DNA from: Pseudomonas aeruginosa
Lineage (GTDB): Bacteria > Pseudomonadota > Gammaproteobacteria > Pseudomonadales > Pseudomonadaceae
Assembly: GCF_001457615.1 (NCBI RefSeq)
Contig: NZ_LN831024.1
Location: forward strand, 480,001-512,000
DNA length: 32,000 nt
Direction: 5' to 3'
Under the pieces are notes generated by a model. That model did no database searches. It saw nothing but the letters and a program-made list of their open reading frames with translations, and had not been told where the DNA came from. This document shows positions 1 through 11,077 of the stretch, one piece after another. Each line of letters opens with the position of its first letter. Position 1 is the stretch's first letter. The position numbers and the translations under genes are program-made.

Positions 1-525
1 TCCATGGGCAACATCGCCGAAGAAGCCGAACTGCCGCGCTCCAACCTGCACTACTACTTCAGCACCAAGGACGAGCTGTACCGCGACGTCCTCCTCGGCC
101 TGCTCGAGGTCTGGAAGCAGGACGCCCTCTGCTTCGAGATGTTCGATGACCCAAGGGTGGTATTGACCAGCTATATCCGCGCGAAGATGAACCATTCGCG
201 CACCCGCCCGCATGGCTCCAAGGTCTGGGCCAACGAAATCATGCATGGCGCGCCGCTGCTCGGCGCCACCCTCGACGACAGCCTCTACGAATGGGCCAAG
301 ATGAAGGAGGCGAAGATCCGCCAGTGGGTCGAGGAAAAGCGCATCCTGTCGATCGAACCGAGCAGCCTGCTCTACATGATCTGGGCCTCCACCCAGCACT
401 ACGCCGACTTCGGCTACCAGGTCGAGGTGCTCAACGGCCACCAGCCGCTCAGCGACATGCAGTTCGAAAGGGCGGTGCAGACGGTGACCAGCGTGGTCCT
501 GCGCGGAATCGGATTGGAGCCCTGA
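1..525 (+). CDS. TetR-family transcriptional regulator, RutR-like. It is 5'-truncated by the window edge, so only the end of the HTH and the ligand-binding domain are present.
   Basis: The frame is open from nt 1. NIAEEAELPRSNLHYYFSTKDELY is the recognition-helix region of a TetR HTH and resembles E. coli RutR (pyrimidine-utilisation regulator). It sits next to pyrimidine catabolic genes. Stop codon at 523-525. Confidence 0.85.
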   Translation, partial: SMGNIAEEAELPRSNLHYYFSTKDELYRDVLLGLLEVWKQDALCFEMFDDPRVVLTSYIRAKMNHSRTRPHGSKVWANEIMHGAPLLGATLDDSLYEWAKMKEAKIRQWVEEKRILSIEPSSLLYMIWASTQHYADFGYQVEVLNGHQPLSDMQFERAVQTVTSVVLRGIGLEP

Positions 526-530
526 GCAGC

Positions 531-552
531 GGAGCCTTCGCTAGAAGGCTCC
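531..552. terminator. Stem-loop between the convergent TetR-family and codA genes; possible bidirectional terminator.
   Basis: GGAGCCTTC-gcta-GAAGGCTCC, a perfect 9-bp stem lying in the 36-bp gap between two stop codons. There is no clear U-tract. Confidence 0.4.
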
Positions 553-561
553 GGCGAAGGC

Positions 562-1833
562 TCAGCTGGCGCGGGTGAAGTCCACCGCTTCAGCCTGTTC
601 GAGGAACACCGTGGTCTGCGCCGGGACCGTCTCGGCGAGCAGCCGTCCGCCGCGGATCGAGTAGCGCACCGGGACCTGCCGGCGCACCGCGTCGAAGCCG
701 TCGCGGGCCGGCAGCACCAGCAGGTTGGCCGGATGGCCGACCTCGATGCCGTATTCCCGCAGGCCGAGGGTGCGGGCGCTGTTGCGGGTGATCAGGTCGA
801 GGCCGCCGTCGATCTCGTCGTAGCCCATCATCTGCGTCACGTGCAGGCCCATGTGCAGCACCTGCAGCATGTTCGCGGTGCCCAGCGGGTACCAGGGGTC
901 GAACACGTCGTCGTGGCCGAAGCAGGTGTTGATCCCGGCACCGAGCAGTTCCTTGACCCGGGTGATGCCGCGGCGCTTCGGGTAGTCGTCGAAGCGACCC
1001 TGCAGGTGGATGTTCACCAGCGGGTTGGCGACGAAGTTGATTCCCGACAGTTTCAGCAGGCGGAACAGCCGCGAGGTGTAGGCGCCGTTGTAGGAGTGCA
1101 TCGCCGTGGTGTGGCTGGCGGTGACCCGTGCGCCGAGGCCGTCGCGATGGGCGAGCATGGCCAGGGTCTCGAGGAAGCGCGACTGCTCGTCGTCGATCTC
1201 GTCGCAATGCACGTCCACTGGCAGGTCGTAGCGCTTGGCCAGGTCGATGGCCTTGTGCAGCGACTCGACGCCCAGCTCGCGGGTGAATTCGAAATGCGGG
1301 ATCGCCCCCACCACGTCGGCGCCCAGGCGCAGCGACTCCTCCAGCAGTTCCAGGCCGTTGGGGTAGGAGAGAATGCCCTCCTGAGGGAAGGCGACGATCT
1401 GCAGGTCGACCCAGGGCGCCACTTCGCCGCGCACCTCGAGCATGGCCTTGAGCGCGGTGAGGGTCGGGTCGGAGACGTCGACGTGGCTGCGCACGTGCTG
1501 CACGCCGTTGGCGATCTGCCATTTCAGGGTCTGCCAGGCGCGCTGCTTGACGTCCTCGTGGCTGAGCAGGGCCTTGCGCTGGGCCCAGCGCTCGATGCCT
1601 TCGAACAGCGTGCCGGAGCGGTTCCACTCCGGCTGGCCGGCGGTCTGGGTGGTGTCGAGGTGGATGTGCGGCTCGATGAACGGCGGCACGGCAAGACCGC
1701 CGGCGCCGTCCAGGCGCTCGCCGGCGTCGTCGGCGGCCTGTTCCATCGGCACCAGGGCGGCGATACGGCCATCGGCGACGCGCAGTTGCCAGAGACCTTC
1801 GCGGCCGCGCAGGCGCAGGTTGTCAATCAGCAT
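562..1833 (-). CDS. codA: Cytosine deaminase
   Basis: 423 aa. [40 protein letters not shown] is near-identical to the E. coli CodA metal-binding (HxH) region. The start overlaps the codB 3' end. Confidence 0.95.
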   Translation of the reverse strand: MLIDNLRLRGREGLWQLRVADGRIAALVPMEQAADDAGERLDGAGGLAVPPFIEPHIHLDTTQTAGQPEWNRSGTLFEGIERWAQRKALLSHEDVKQRAWQTLKWQIANGVQHVRSHVDVSDPTLTALKAMLEVRGEVAPWVDLQIVAFPQEGILSYPNGLELLEESLRLGADVVGAIPHFEFTRELGVESLHKAIDLAKRYDLPVDVHCDEIDDEQSRFLETLAMLAHRDGLGARVTASHTTAMHSYNGAYTSRLFRLLKLSGINFVANPLVNIHLQGRFDDYPKRRGITRVKELLGAGINTCFGHDDVFDPWYPLGTANMLQVLHMGLHVTQMMGYDEIDGGLDLITRNSARTLGLREYGIEVGHPANLLVLPARDGFDAVRRQVPVRYSIRGGRLLAETVPAQTTVFLEQAEAVDFTRAS

Positions 1834-3073
1834 GGAGGACCTCTTCTGGTTTGTTCGGGCTGCGGCTCAGCAGGGGATTGAGCAGCAGGTAGGCGATGGC
1901 GGCGCCGAGCACCGCGTTGACCGGCACTATCCCCGGCAGCCAGTGGCCGGCGGCGGTGCCGCAGGCGACGGCGAGGATCGCCGCCCAGTTGATCGCCTGG
2001 ATGTCCGCGCAGGGGTGCTGGCGGTAGCGCCGGCGGCGACTCAGGTAGTCGGCGATGATCACCCCGCCGATGGGCGGGATGGCGGCGGAGAGGAAGGTCA
2101 GCCAGCCGACGAAGTGGTTGTACAGCCAGAGCGCGGCGAGGGTGCCGAGGGCGCCGTTGAGCATCGCCAGGAAGCGGCTGGAGAGGCCGGTGATGTTGGC
2201 GAAGCCGAGGCCGGAGGCATACAGCGCGTTGTCGTTGGTGGTCCAGATGTTCAGGCCGAGGACCAGGATCGCCGGGATCAGCAGGCCCTGGGCGATCATC
2301 ACGTCGGAGATGTCCGACTTGCCCACCGCCGCCGCGCCGGCCGCGCCGAAGATGAACATCAGCGAGTTGCCGAGGAAGAACGCCACCAGGCACACCACCA
2401 CGGCGGTACGCGCGCTGCGGCCGAAGCGGACGAAGTCGGCGGTGAGGGTGCCGGCGCTGACGAACGAGCCGACCACCAGGGCGATCGCGGTCGAGAGGCT
2501 CAGCGGCGCGCTCGGCGTCACCTGCTGCAGCGCCGCCAGGCCGCCGGCGTCGCGCACCGCGAGCCATACCGAGTAGCTGCCGAGAACGACGATCGCCGGG
2601 ACCGCGATGGCCGACAGCAGGGTCAGACCGGCGATGCCGAAGAACACCGTGAGGGTCATAAGCGCTCCGGAAACCAGGATCAGCAGGTTGACGTCGAGGC
2701 CGGTGGCCTTGGCCACCGGGATGGCGAACATCGCTACGCCGACGCCGAACCAGCCGACCTGGGTGCCGCCGAGCAACGCCGAGGGCAGCCAGGAGCCCTT
2801 GCTGCCGAACGAGTAATGCGCCAGCAGGTGAGTGGAAAGGCCGGTGCGCGCGCCGATGAAGCCGAGGATCGCGGTGTACAGGCCGAGCATCAGGTTGCCC
2901 AGCAGCACGGCGAGGAAGAAGTCGTCGTAGCTCAGGCCGGTGCCGAGGGTGCCGCCGGTCCACATGCTGGCGGAAAAGAAGGTCAGGCCGAGCATCACCA
3001 CGCTCAGGGCCAGCGCGCTCTTGCGCGCTGCCAGCGGGACCGGTTGCTGGCTGTAGTTGCTGTCTGCGGACAT
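1823..3073 (-). CDS. codB: Cytosine permease (NCS1 family)
   Basis: 416 aa polytopic membrane protein. [22 protein letters not shown]...[19 protein letters not shown] closely matches E. coli CodB. It overlaps the codA start by 11 nt. Confidence 0.93.
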   Translation of the reverse strand: MSADSNYSQQPVPLAARKSALALSVVMLGLTFFSASMWTGGTLGTGLSYDDFFLAVLLGNLMLGLYTAILGFIGARTGLSTHLLAHYSFGSKGSWLPSALLGGTQVGWFGVGVAMFAIPVAKATGLDVNLLILVSGALMTLTVFFGIAGLTLLSAIAVPAIVVLGSYSVWLAVRDAGGLAALQQVTPSAPLSLSTAIALVVGSFVSAGTLTADFVRFGRSARTAVVVCLVAFFLGNSLMFIFGAAGAAAVGKSDISDVMIAQGLLIPAILVLGLNIWTTNDNALYASGLGFANITGLSSRFLAMLNGALGTLAALWLYNHFVGWLTFLSAAIPPIGGVIIADYLSRRRRYRQHPCADIQAINWAAILAVACGTAAGHWLPGIVPVNAVLGAAIAYLLLNPLLSRSPNKPEEVLHAD

Positions 3074-3254
3074 GCGCGAGTCTCCGTGGGGCGCCGGCCG
3101 TCCGGGAGCGTCGGCCGGGCCGCGGCGAATGGTAGTCGAAGGCGGGTCGATCCGACAGACGCCGTTGCGCGTCGTCGGACCGCAGCGGCACGCAGGAAGC
3201 GTGCCGGCGCGCGGCAGGGCGGCGTCCGCCGGGGATGTGGGCGCCGCCCTGCGT

Positions 3255-4529
3255 TCAGGAGGCTTCGCGGTAGGGGTTGCGCGGATCCTGGGTCCAGTTG
3301 AGATAGGGCTTGCCGGTGTCCTGCGGCACCATTTCGATGCAGTTCTCCACCGGACAGGTGATCTGGCACAGGTTGCAGCCCACGCACTCGGCGTCGATCA
3401 CTTCGTAGCGGTGCGTACCGTCGGCCCGGGGCAGGCTGGCGATGGCCTGGTGCGAGGTGTCCTCGCAGGCGATATGGCAGCGGCCGCAACCGATGCAGGC
3501 GTCCTGGTCGATGCGGGCGATCACCTGGTAGTTGATGTCCAGGTACTTCCAGTCGGTGGTATTGCCCACCGCGCCGCCGCTGAAATCGGACAGCCGCTGG
3601 TAGCCATGGCTGTCCATCCAGCGCGCGAGACCGTCCTGCATGTCCTCGACGATACGGAAGCCGTGCAGCATCGCCGCCGTGCATACCTGCACCGCGCCGC
3701 AGCCGAGCGCGACGAATTCCGCTGCGTCGCGCCAACTGCCGATACCGCCGATGCCACAGATCGGCAGGCCGCGGGTCTGCGGGTCGCGGGCGATCTCGGC
3801 GACCATGTTCAGGGCGATCGGCTTCACCGCCGAGCCGCAGTAGCCGCCGTGGGTGCTCTGGGTGCCGACCACGGGCAGGGCGACCATGCGCTCCAGGTCG
3901 ACGCTGGTGATCGAGTTGATGGTGTTGATCAGCGACACCGCGTCGGCGCCGCCGCGATGGGCGGCGCGCGCCGACTGGCGGATGTCGGTGATGTTGGGGG
4001 TGAGCTTGACGATCACCGGCAGCGAGCAGTGGGTCTTGCACCAGCGGGTGACCATCTCCACGTACTCCGGTACCTGGCCCACCGCCGCGCCCATGCCGCG
4101 CTCGGGCATGCCGTGGGGGCAACCGAAGTTCAGCTCGATACCGTCGGCGCCGGTGGCTTCCACCAGCGGCAGGATGTATTTCCACGACTCCTCGACGCAG
4201 GGCACCATCAGCGACACGATCAGCGCGCGGTCTGGCCAGTCCTTCTTCACCTGGGCGATCTCGCGCAGGTTGATCTCCAGCGAGCGGTCGGTGATCAGCT
4301 CGATGTTGTTGATCCCCTGCACCTGGCGGTTCGGTCCGAAGTGCGCGGAATAACGCGACGACACGTTGACCGCCGCGGGGTCTTCGCCGAGGGTCTTCCA
4401 GACCACCCCGCCCCAGCCCGCCTGGTAGGCGCGGACCACGTTGTAGGCCTTGTCGGTGGGCGGCGCGGAGGCCAGCCAGAAGGGGTTGGGCGACTTGATG
4501 CCGGCGAATTCGATAGACAGGTCGGCCAT
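3255..4529 (-). CDS. preA: NAD-dependent dihydropyrimidine dehydrogenase, PreA/PydA subunit (DHOD-like TIM barrel plus 2x[4Fe-4S] ferredoxin tail).
   Basis: MADLSIEFAGIKSPNPFWLASAP aligns with the E. coli PreA N-terminus. C-terminal cluster motifs are CIGCGRCHIAC and CVGCNLCQITCP. I chose the ATG at 4529, which has a GTGGAGG SD 7-8 nt upstream and shares 1 nt with the preT TGA, rather than the GTG at 4532 used by the ORF track. Confidence 0.9.
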   Translation of the reverse strand: MADLSIEFAGIKSPNPFWLASAPPTDKAYNVVRAYQAGWGGVVWKTLGEDPAAVNVSSRYSAHFGPNRQVQGINNIELITDRSLEINLREIAQVKKDWPDRALIVSLMVPCVEESWKYILPLVEATGADGIELNFGCPHGMPERGMGAAVGQVPEYVEMVTRWCKTHCSLPVIVKLTPNITDIRQSARAAHRGGADAVSLINTINSITSVDLERMVALPVVGTQSTHGGYCGSAVKPIALNMVAEIARDPQTRGLPICGIGGIGSWRDAAEFVALGCGAVQVCTAAMLHGFRIVEDMQDGLARWMDSHGYQRLSDFSGGAVGNTTDWKYLDINYQVIARIDQDACIGCGRCHIACEDTSHQAIASLPRADGTHRYEVIDAECVGCNLCQITCPVENCIEMVPQDTGKPYLNWTQDPRNPYREAS

Positions 4530-5896
4530 CACGCAGCCTCCACGTTGAGCATGAGTTGGGCGTGGATCGCTTCCGCCGCCAGTTTGCCGTGCTGCACCGC
4601 CTGCACGGTGAGGTCCTCGCCGAGCGCCACGCAGTCGCCGCCGGCGTAGATGCCGGGGATGCTGGTGCGCATCTGTCCGTCGACCTGGATGCGCTCGCCG
4701 TCGCGCCGCAGTTGCGCTGCCAGCGGATCGCCCAGGCTGGCGCCTTCGAAGGCCTGGCCGATGGCCTTGAAGATGGCGTCGGCGGCCAGTTCGAAGTGCT
4801 CGCCGGTGTCGCCCAGGCGACCGTTCTCCAGGCGCGTGCGGGCGAAGCGCATGCCGCGCACCCGGCCGTGCTCGTCAAGCAGTACCCGTTCCGGTCGGGC
4901 CCAGGTCAGCAGGCGCACCTGGCTGGCCTTGGCGATCTCCTGCTCGTGGCCGGTGGCGCCCATTTCCTCGAAGCCACGGCGGTAGACCAGGTTGACGTCG
5001 CGGGCGCCGAGCCGGCTCATCTGCACCGCCATGTCGATGGCGGTGTTGCCGGCGCCGATGACGATGCAACGGTCGGCGACGGGCAGGTCGAGCAGGTCGT
5101 CGCTCTGCCGCAGCTCGCGGATGTAGTCGGTGGCGGCGAGCAGGCCGGGGGCGTCCTCGTCTTCCAGGCCGAGGCGCTTGCTGGCGGCCAGGCCGATGCC
5201 GAGGAACACCGCGTCGTACTCGTCGTGCAGGGCGCCGAGCGCCAGGTTGTCGCCGAGACGCTGGCCGTGGCGCAGTTCGATACCGCCGATCTGCAGGAGG
5301 AATTCCACTTCGCGCCGGGCGAAGTCGTCCACCAGCTTGTAGCGGGCGATGCCGTACTCGTTGAGGCCGCCGGCCTTGGCGCGGGCCTCGAAGAGCACCA
5401 CGTCGTGGCCGTGCATGGCCAGGCGGTGGGCGCAGGACAGCCCGGCCGGCCCGGCGCCGACCACGGCGATGCGCTTGCCGGTGGCCGGCGAGCGCTTGAA
5501 CGGATGTTCGTCGAAGCCGGCGTGGTCGAGGGCGTAGCGTTGCAACTGGCCGATCAGCACCGGTGCGCATTCCTGGGCGTTGTTGCGTACGCAGGCCCGC
5601 TGGCAGAGGATTTCCGTGGGGCAGACGCGGGCGCAGCTGCCGCCGAGGATGTTCGCCGAGAGGATCTTCTGCGCCGCGCCCTGGACATTCTCCTGGGCGA
5701 TGCTGCGGATGAACCCGGGGATGTCGATCTCGGTCGGGCAGGCGTTGACGCAGGGCGCGTCGTAGCAGTATAGGCAGCGGGCGCTTTCCAGGGCGGCCTG
5801 GCGGGCGTTGAGCGGCGGCGCGAGGTCGGCGAAGCGCTCGGCGAGCGTGTCCGCGCCGGCGTCCGGACGGGGGAGGTGGTTCAGGGAATCGATCAC
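4529..5896 (-). CDS. preT: Dihydropyrimidine dehydrogenase, PreT/PydX subunit (GltD-like NAD(P)H oxidoreductase).
   Basis: 455 aa. N-terminal Fe-S motifs are CLYCYDAPCVNACP and CARVCP. Two Rossmann motifs are VAVVGAGPAGLSCA and IVIGAGNTAIDMA. GTG start with an AGAGAGG SD. Confidence 0.9.
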   Translation of the reverse strand: MIDSLNHLPRPDAGADTLAERFADLAPPLNARQAALESARCLYCYDAPCVNACPTEIDIPGFIRSIAQENVQGAAQKILSANILGGSCARVCPTEILCQRACVRNNAQECAPVLIGQLQRYALDHAGFDEHPFKRSPATGKRIAVVGAGPAGLSCAHRLAMHGHDVVLFEARAKAGGLNEYGIARYKLVDDFARREVEFLLQIGGIELRHGQRLGDNLALGALHDEYDAVFLGIGLAASKRLGLEDEDAPGLLAATDYIRELRQSDDLLDLPVADRCIVIGAGNTAIDMAVQMSRLGARDVNLVYRRGFEEMGATGHEQEIAKASQVRLLTWARPERVLLDEHGRVRGMRFARTRLENGRLGDTGEHFELAADAIFKAIGQAFEGASLGDPLAAQLRRDGERIQVDGQMRTSIPGIYAGGDCVALGEDLTVQAVQHGKLAAEAIHAQLMLNVEAA

Positions 5897-5990
5897 GGTT
5901 GTAGCCTCTCTTCTGGTTTCTTCTCGGGGCAGTCAACGGCAATACGGCACCGTCCGGCCTCTACGGGCCGGTCCGGTATTGCGGGAAGGA

Positions 5991-7531
<1,541 letters not shown>

Positions 7532-7625
7532 CGAATCTAGATGCTGATCATCGATTGAGCAAGATTATTTTCAAATGGTTGTTTGAGTTTGTAACTTATT
7601 GATTTTAAATAATTAAAAATAAATA

Positions 7626-7670
7626 TCACCAAAATGGTGAGGGTTCTCACCATTTTGACGCGCTTGACAA
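7626..7670. promoter_or_regulatory. Cluster of dyads and direct repeats in the dht / NCS1-permease divergent region; candidate TetR(RutR-like) operator(s).
   Basis: TCACCA-AAA-TGGTGA is a perfect 6-3-6 dyad at 7626-7640. It is followed by TCACCA-TTT-TGACG (7647-7660) and TTGAC-gcgc-TTGACA (7655-7669, the latter a consensus -35 hexamer). Together the two dyads form an 11-bp-arm inverted repeat, AAAATGGTGAG-ggtt-CTCACCATTTT. Confidence 0.45.
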
Positions 7671-8045
7671 GAATTCAAAAAGGTCGAGATTTCCCATGCA
7701 AAATCAGCCGCTTGAAAGCCGTGTTCGAACGGTTGTGGGGAGATGAAAAAAGTTCGCCTGCACTCCTTTGGTTCCTGACCGGGGCGACAGGCTCGCGCAT
7801 TTCCCCCGGTGACACGCCGGACTGCCCGTCGGCGTGTCACCGACGTTGTCGATGAAGTGTTTCAGATCAGTCGGTTACCTCCAGTAGACCGGCCTGCCCA
7901 GTGACGTCGCGGGGTTTTCGGCACGCTTATTGAGTGCCGCCCGCCACGGCATTGTCCGGACCGGAGGTGCAGTACTGGTGGTGCGGTACTCCGGCCATCG
8001 CATTAGCCCGATGAGCGAATAACTAAAAGAATTCTGGAGAGGCCC

Positions 8046-9536
8046 ATGCAACAGAGCAGATCGGAAGTGACCGAGCGCGACGGCTTGGTCGAGCTGTCCG
8101 CCGGCAGCGACGTACTCGACAGTCCCCGCTACAACCACGACATCGCCCCGACCCGGGTGGAACAGCGTACCTGGAACAGGTGGCACATCACCGCGCTGTG
8201 GATCGGCATGTCCATCTGCGTGCCCACCTACACCCTCGGCGGCGTCCTCACCGCCTACTTCGGCCTCAGCGTCGGCGAAGCGCTGCTGGCGATCCTGCTG
8301 GCTAACCTGGTGGTGCTGATCCCGCTGACCCTCAATGCCTTCGCCGGCACCCGCTACGGCATTCCCTTCCCGGTGCTGCTGCGCGCTTCGTTCGGCATCA
8401 TCGGCTCCAACGTGCCATGCCTGATCCGCGCCGTGGTCGCGTGCGGCTGGTTCGGCATCCAGACGCTGTTCGGCGGGCTGGCGATCCATCTCTTCCTCGG
8501 TTCGATCCTTCCCGCCTGGAAAGCCCTCGGCGGCACCGGCGAGGTGATCGGTTTCCTCCTGTTCTGGGGGCTGAACCTGTGGGTGGTGCTGCGCGGCGCG
8601 GAGTCGATCAAATGGCTGGAGACACTCTCGGCACCGCTGCTGGTGCTGGTCGGCCTCGGCCTGCTGGTGTGGGCGCTGCCGCACATATCGGTCAGCGATC
8701 TGCTGGCGCAGCCGCCGAAGCGCCCGGAAGGCGCCAGCGTCACCGGCTACTTCATGGCCGGGCTGACGGCGATGGTCGGCTTCTGGGCCACGCTGTCGCT
8801 GAACATCCCCGACTTCAGCCGCTATGCGCGTAGCCAGAAGGACCAGATACTCGGGCAGATCTTCGGCCTGCCGCTGACCATGTTCCTGTTCGCCGCCCTC
8901 GGCGTGGTGATGACCGCCGCCTCGGCTTCGCTGGTGGGCGAGACGGTTTCCGACCCGGTCAGCCTGATCGGGCACATCCCCAGCCCCGGCTGGGTGGCGG
9001 TGGCGATGGCGTTGATCATCGTCGCCACCCTCTCGACCAACACCGCGGCGAACATCGTCTCGCCGACCAACGACTTCCAGAACATCGCACCGAAACTCAT
9101 CGGCCGCACCCGCGCCGTCTGGCTCACCGGTTTCATCGGCCTGGCGCTGATGGCCCACGAGTTGCTGAAGAAGCTCGGCTGGATCGTTTCCGACCTCAGC
9201 CTGGAAAGCGTCTACTCCAACTGGCTGCTCGGCTACTCCAGCCTGCTCGGGCCGATCGCGGGGATCATGGTGGTGGACTACTTCCTGGTGCGCAGGCAAC
9301 GCCTCGACCTCGCCGGACTCTACCGCGACGACGTCTACCCGGCCTGGAACTGGCCCGGCTTCGCCGCCTTCGCGGTGCCGGTGGCGCTGACCGTCATGGC
9401 CCTCGGCAACCGCCAGTTCCACTGGTTCTACGACTACGGCTGGTTCACCGGCTCGCTGCTCGGCGGCGCGCTCTACTACGGCCTCTGCGGCCGCCGTGCG
9501 CGGAGCCCGGCGGCATTGGCCAAACCGCTGCCCTGA
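8046..9536 (+). CDS. NCS1-family transporter (hydantoin/allantoin/uracil-type permease).
   Basis: 496 aa with about 12 TM segments. The N-terminal DIAPTRVEQRTWNRWHITALWIGMSICVPTY is typical of NCS1 (Mhp1/PucI/Fur4-like) permeases. GGAGAGG SD. Located between dht and the carbamoyl-amidohydrolase. Confidence 0.88.
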   Translation: MQQSRSEVTERDGLVELSAGSDVLDSPRYNHDIAPTRVEQRTWNRWHITALWIGMSICVPTYTLGGVLTAYFGLSVGEALLAILLANLVVLIPLTLNAFAGTRYGIPFPVLLRASFGIIGSNVPCLIRAVVACGWFGIQTLFGGLAIHLFLGSILPAWKALGGTGEVIGFLLFWGLNLWVVLRGAESIKWLETLSAPLLVLVGLGLLVWALPHISVSDLLAQPPKRPEGASVTGYFMAGLTAMVGFWATLSLNIPDFSRYARSQKDQILGQIFGLPLTMFLFAALGVVMTAASASLVGETVSDPVSLIGHIPSPGWVAVAMALIIVATLSTNTAANIVSPTNDFQNIAPKLIGRTRAVWLTGFIGLALMAHELLKKLGWIVSDLSLESVYSNWLLGYSSLLGPIAGIMVVDYFLVRRQRLDLAGLYRDDVYPAWNWPGFAAFAVPVALTVMALGNRQFHWFYDYGWFTGSLLGGALYYGLCGRRARSPAALAKPLP

Positions 9537-9594
9537 TGGGCATACAGGCGGCCGGCGAGCCGCCGACACCTACTCCAAGCCTGAGGAAACGACA

Positions 9595-10878
9595 ATGAGC
9601 ACTGCCCGGAACGTCCTGCAATCCACCCAGCGACACATCGATGGCCAGCGCCTCTGGCAATCGCTGATGGATCTCGCCCGCCTCGGCGCCACCGCCAAGG
9701 GTGGGGTCTGCCGCCTGGCCCTGAGCGATCTCGACCGCCAGGCCCGCGATCTCTTCGTGCAATGGTGCGAAGCGGCCGGCTGCACGGTCAGCGTCGATCG
9801 GGTCGGCAACATCTTCGCCCGTCGTCCCGGGCGTAACCCGGACTTGCCCCCGGTGATGACCGGTAGCCACATCGACACCCAGCCCACCGGTGGCAAGTTC
9901 GACGGCTGCTTCGGGGTGATGGCCGGCCTCGAGGTGATCCGCACCCTCAACGACCTCGGGGTGGAAACCGAGGCGCCGCTGGAGGTGGTGGTGTGGACCA
10001 ACGAGGAAGGCTCGCGCTTCGCGCCCTGCATGATGGGCTCGGGCGTATTCGCCGGGAAGTTCACCCTGGAGGAGACCCTGGCCAAGCGCGATGCCGACGG
10101 TGTCAGCGTAGGCGAGGCGCTGGACGCCATCGGCTACGCGGGAGCGCGCGATTGTCTCGGACATCCGGTGGGCGCCTATTTCGAGGCGCACATCGAACAG
10201 GGGCCGATCCTCGAGGACGAGGAGAAGACCATCGGCGTGGTGCTCGGCGCGCTCGGGCAGAAATGGTTCGACCTGTCCCTGCGCGGCGTCGAGGCACACG
10301 CCGGGCCAACGCCGATGCACCTGCGCAAGGACGCCCTGGTCGGTGCCGCGGCGGTGGTCGAGGCGGTCAATCGCGCAGCCCTCGGCCATCAGCCGCATGC
10401 TTGCGGCACGGTCGGCTGCCTGCACGCCTATCCCGGTTCGCGCAACGTGATACCCGGCGAAGTGAAGATGACCCTGGACTTCCGCCATCTGCAACCGGAG
10501 CGCCTGGACTCGATGATCGCCGAGGTCCGCCAGGTGATCGCCGCTACCTGCGAGAAGCATGGCTTGCAATACGAGCTGGTGCCGACCGCCGATTTCCCGC
10601 CGCTGTACTTCGACCAGGGATGCGTCGGCGCGGTGCGCGAGGCGGCGCAGGCGCTGGGCATGCCGCAGATGGACATCGTCAGCGGCGCCGGCCACGACGC
10701 GATCTTCCTCGCCGAACTCGGTCCGGCGGGGATGATCTTCGTGCCCTGCGAGAACGGCATCAGCCACAACGAGATCGAGAACGCCAGCCCCGACGACCTG
10801 GCCGCCGGCTGCGCGGTGCTGTTGCGGGCCATGCTCAAGGCCTCCGAGGCGATCGCCGGCGGCCGCCTGGCGGCCTGA
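9595..10878 (+). CDS. N-carbamoyl-beta-alanine (beta-ureidopropionate) amidohydrolase, M20 / allantoate-amidohydrolase family.
   Basis: GSHIDTQPTGGKFDG is the family metal-site signature. I trimmed the ORF to the ATG at 9595 (MSTARNVLQ, 427 aa), which has a GAGGAAAC SD. Confidence 0.88.
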   Translation: MSTARNVLQSTQRHIDGQRLWQSLMDLARLGATAKGGVCRLALSDLDRQARDLFVQWCEAAGCTVSVDRVGNIFARRPGRNPDLPPVMTGSHIDTQPTGGKFDGCFGVMAGLEVIRTLNDLGVETEAPLEVVVWTNEEGSRFAPCMMGSGVFAGKFTLEETLAKRDADGVSVGEALDAIGYAGARDCLGHPVGAYFEAHIEQGPILEDEEKTIGVVLGALGQKWFDLSLRGVEAHAGPTPMHLRKDALVGAAAVVEAVNRAALGHQPHACGTVGCLHAYPGSRNVIPGEVKMTLDFRHLQPERLDSMIAEVRQVIAATCEKHGLQYELVPTADFPPLYFDQGCVGAVREAAQALGMPQMDIVSGAGHDAIFLAELGPAGMIFVPCENGISHNEIENASPDDLAAGCAVLLRAMLKASEAIAGGRLAA

Positions 10879-10928
10879 GTGGCGCTTCCATCGAGGCGCC
10901 GGCATCGACCGCCTTCTACACGGGGTCG

Positions 10929-11049
10929 GTAGGGCGAATGACGCCAGGGGCGCTATCCGCCGATGCTCGGCTGGCCGGCGGATAACCGCGTTGCGGTTAT
11001 GCGCCCTACGTCGCGGTGTTGCGCGGGGTACGGTGGGGCGTTATCCGCC
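10929..11049. repeat. REP-type palindromic repeat cluster: two full units in opposite orientation plus one partial unit.
   Basis: GTAGGGCGAATGACGCCAGGGGCGCTATCCGCC (10929-10961), GGCGGATAACCGCGTTGCGGTTATGCGCCCTAC (10977-11009), and a partial GGGGCGTTATCCGCC (11035-11049). The same family recurs at 31034-31142. Confidence 0.85.
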
Positions 11050-11077
11050 GATGCGTCGCTGGGGCGGGGCGCGGGGC

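Noticed and set aside
3186-3252. Two GC-rich hairpins (CGGCACGC..GCGTGCCG and GCAGGGCGGCG..CGCCGCCCTGC) between preA and codB; also an imperfect long hairpin at 5938-5978 between dht and preT.
   Set aside because: They could be attenuators or terminators, but they lack U-tracts. In 66% GC DNA such stems are common, so there is not enough evidence to annotate them as terminators.
1442-3301. A long antisense or off-frame ORF (619 aa). Similar ones occur at 590-1627, 733-1881, 1827-3191, 3004-4878, 3057-4649, 4556-5773, 4875-5942, 5808-7547, 5893-7047, 7875-9569, 9445-10905, 9993-10985, 11378-12391, 12388-13626, 13616-14869, 15831-16976, 17161-18519, 17301-18650, 18354-19544, 19526-22387, 20632-22299, 22657-24168, 23165-24223, 24756-25661, 24788-25843, 25687-27258, 28189-30363 and 30186-31910.
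   Set aside because: All are Arg/Pro/Gly/Ala/His-rich and lack recognisable domains or ribosome-binding sites. Each overlaps a well-supported gene on the opposite strand or in another frame. They are expected from GC3-biased coding sequence.
7613-7855. Two small ORFs in the dht/permease spacer: 7613-7840 (-, 75 aa) and 7634-7855 (+, 73 aa).
   Set aside because: Neither has an SD. Third-position GC is far below the roughly 85-90% of neighbouring genes, especially for the minus-strand ORF. There are no recognisable motifs, and both ORFs run through the regulatory dyads and hairpins. I cannot exclude an annotated hypothetical gene here, but the sequence does not support coding.
7918-7933. A sigma54-like element, cGGCACgcttaTTGAg, upstream of the NCS1 permease.
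   Set aside because: The -24 GG and the spacing fit TGGCAC-N5-TTGC, but the highly conserved -12 GC is replaced by GA. The segment is also simply a GGCAC/GTGCC hairpin. It is worth a PWM check because pyrimidine catabolism is nitrogen-regulated in pseudomonads, but it is too weak to call.
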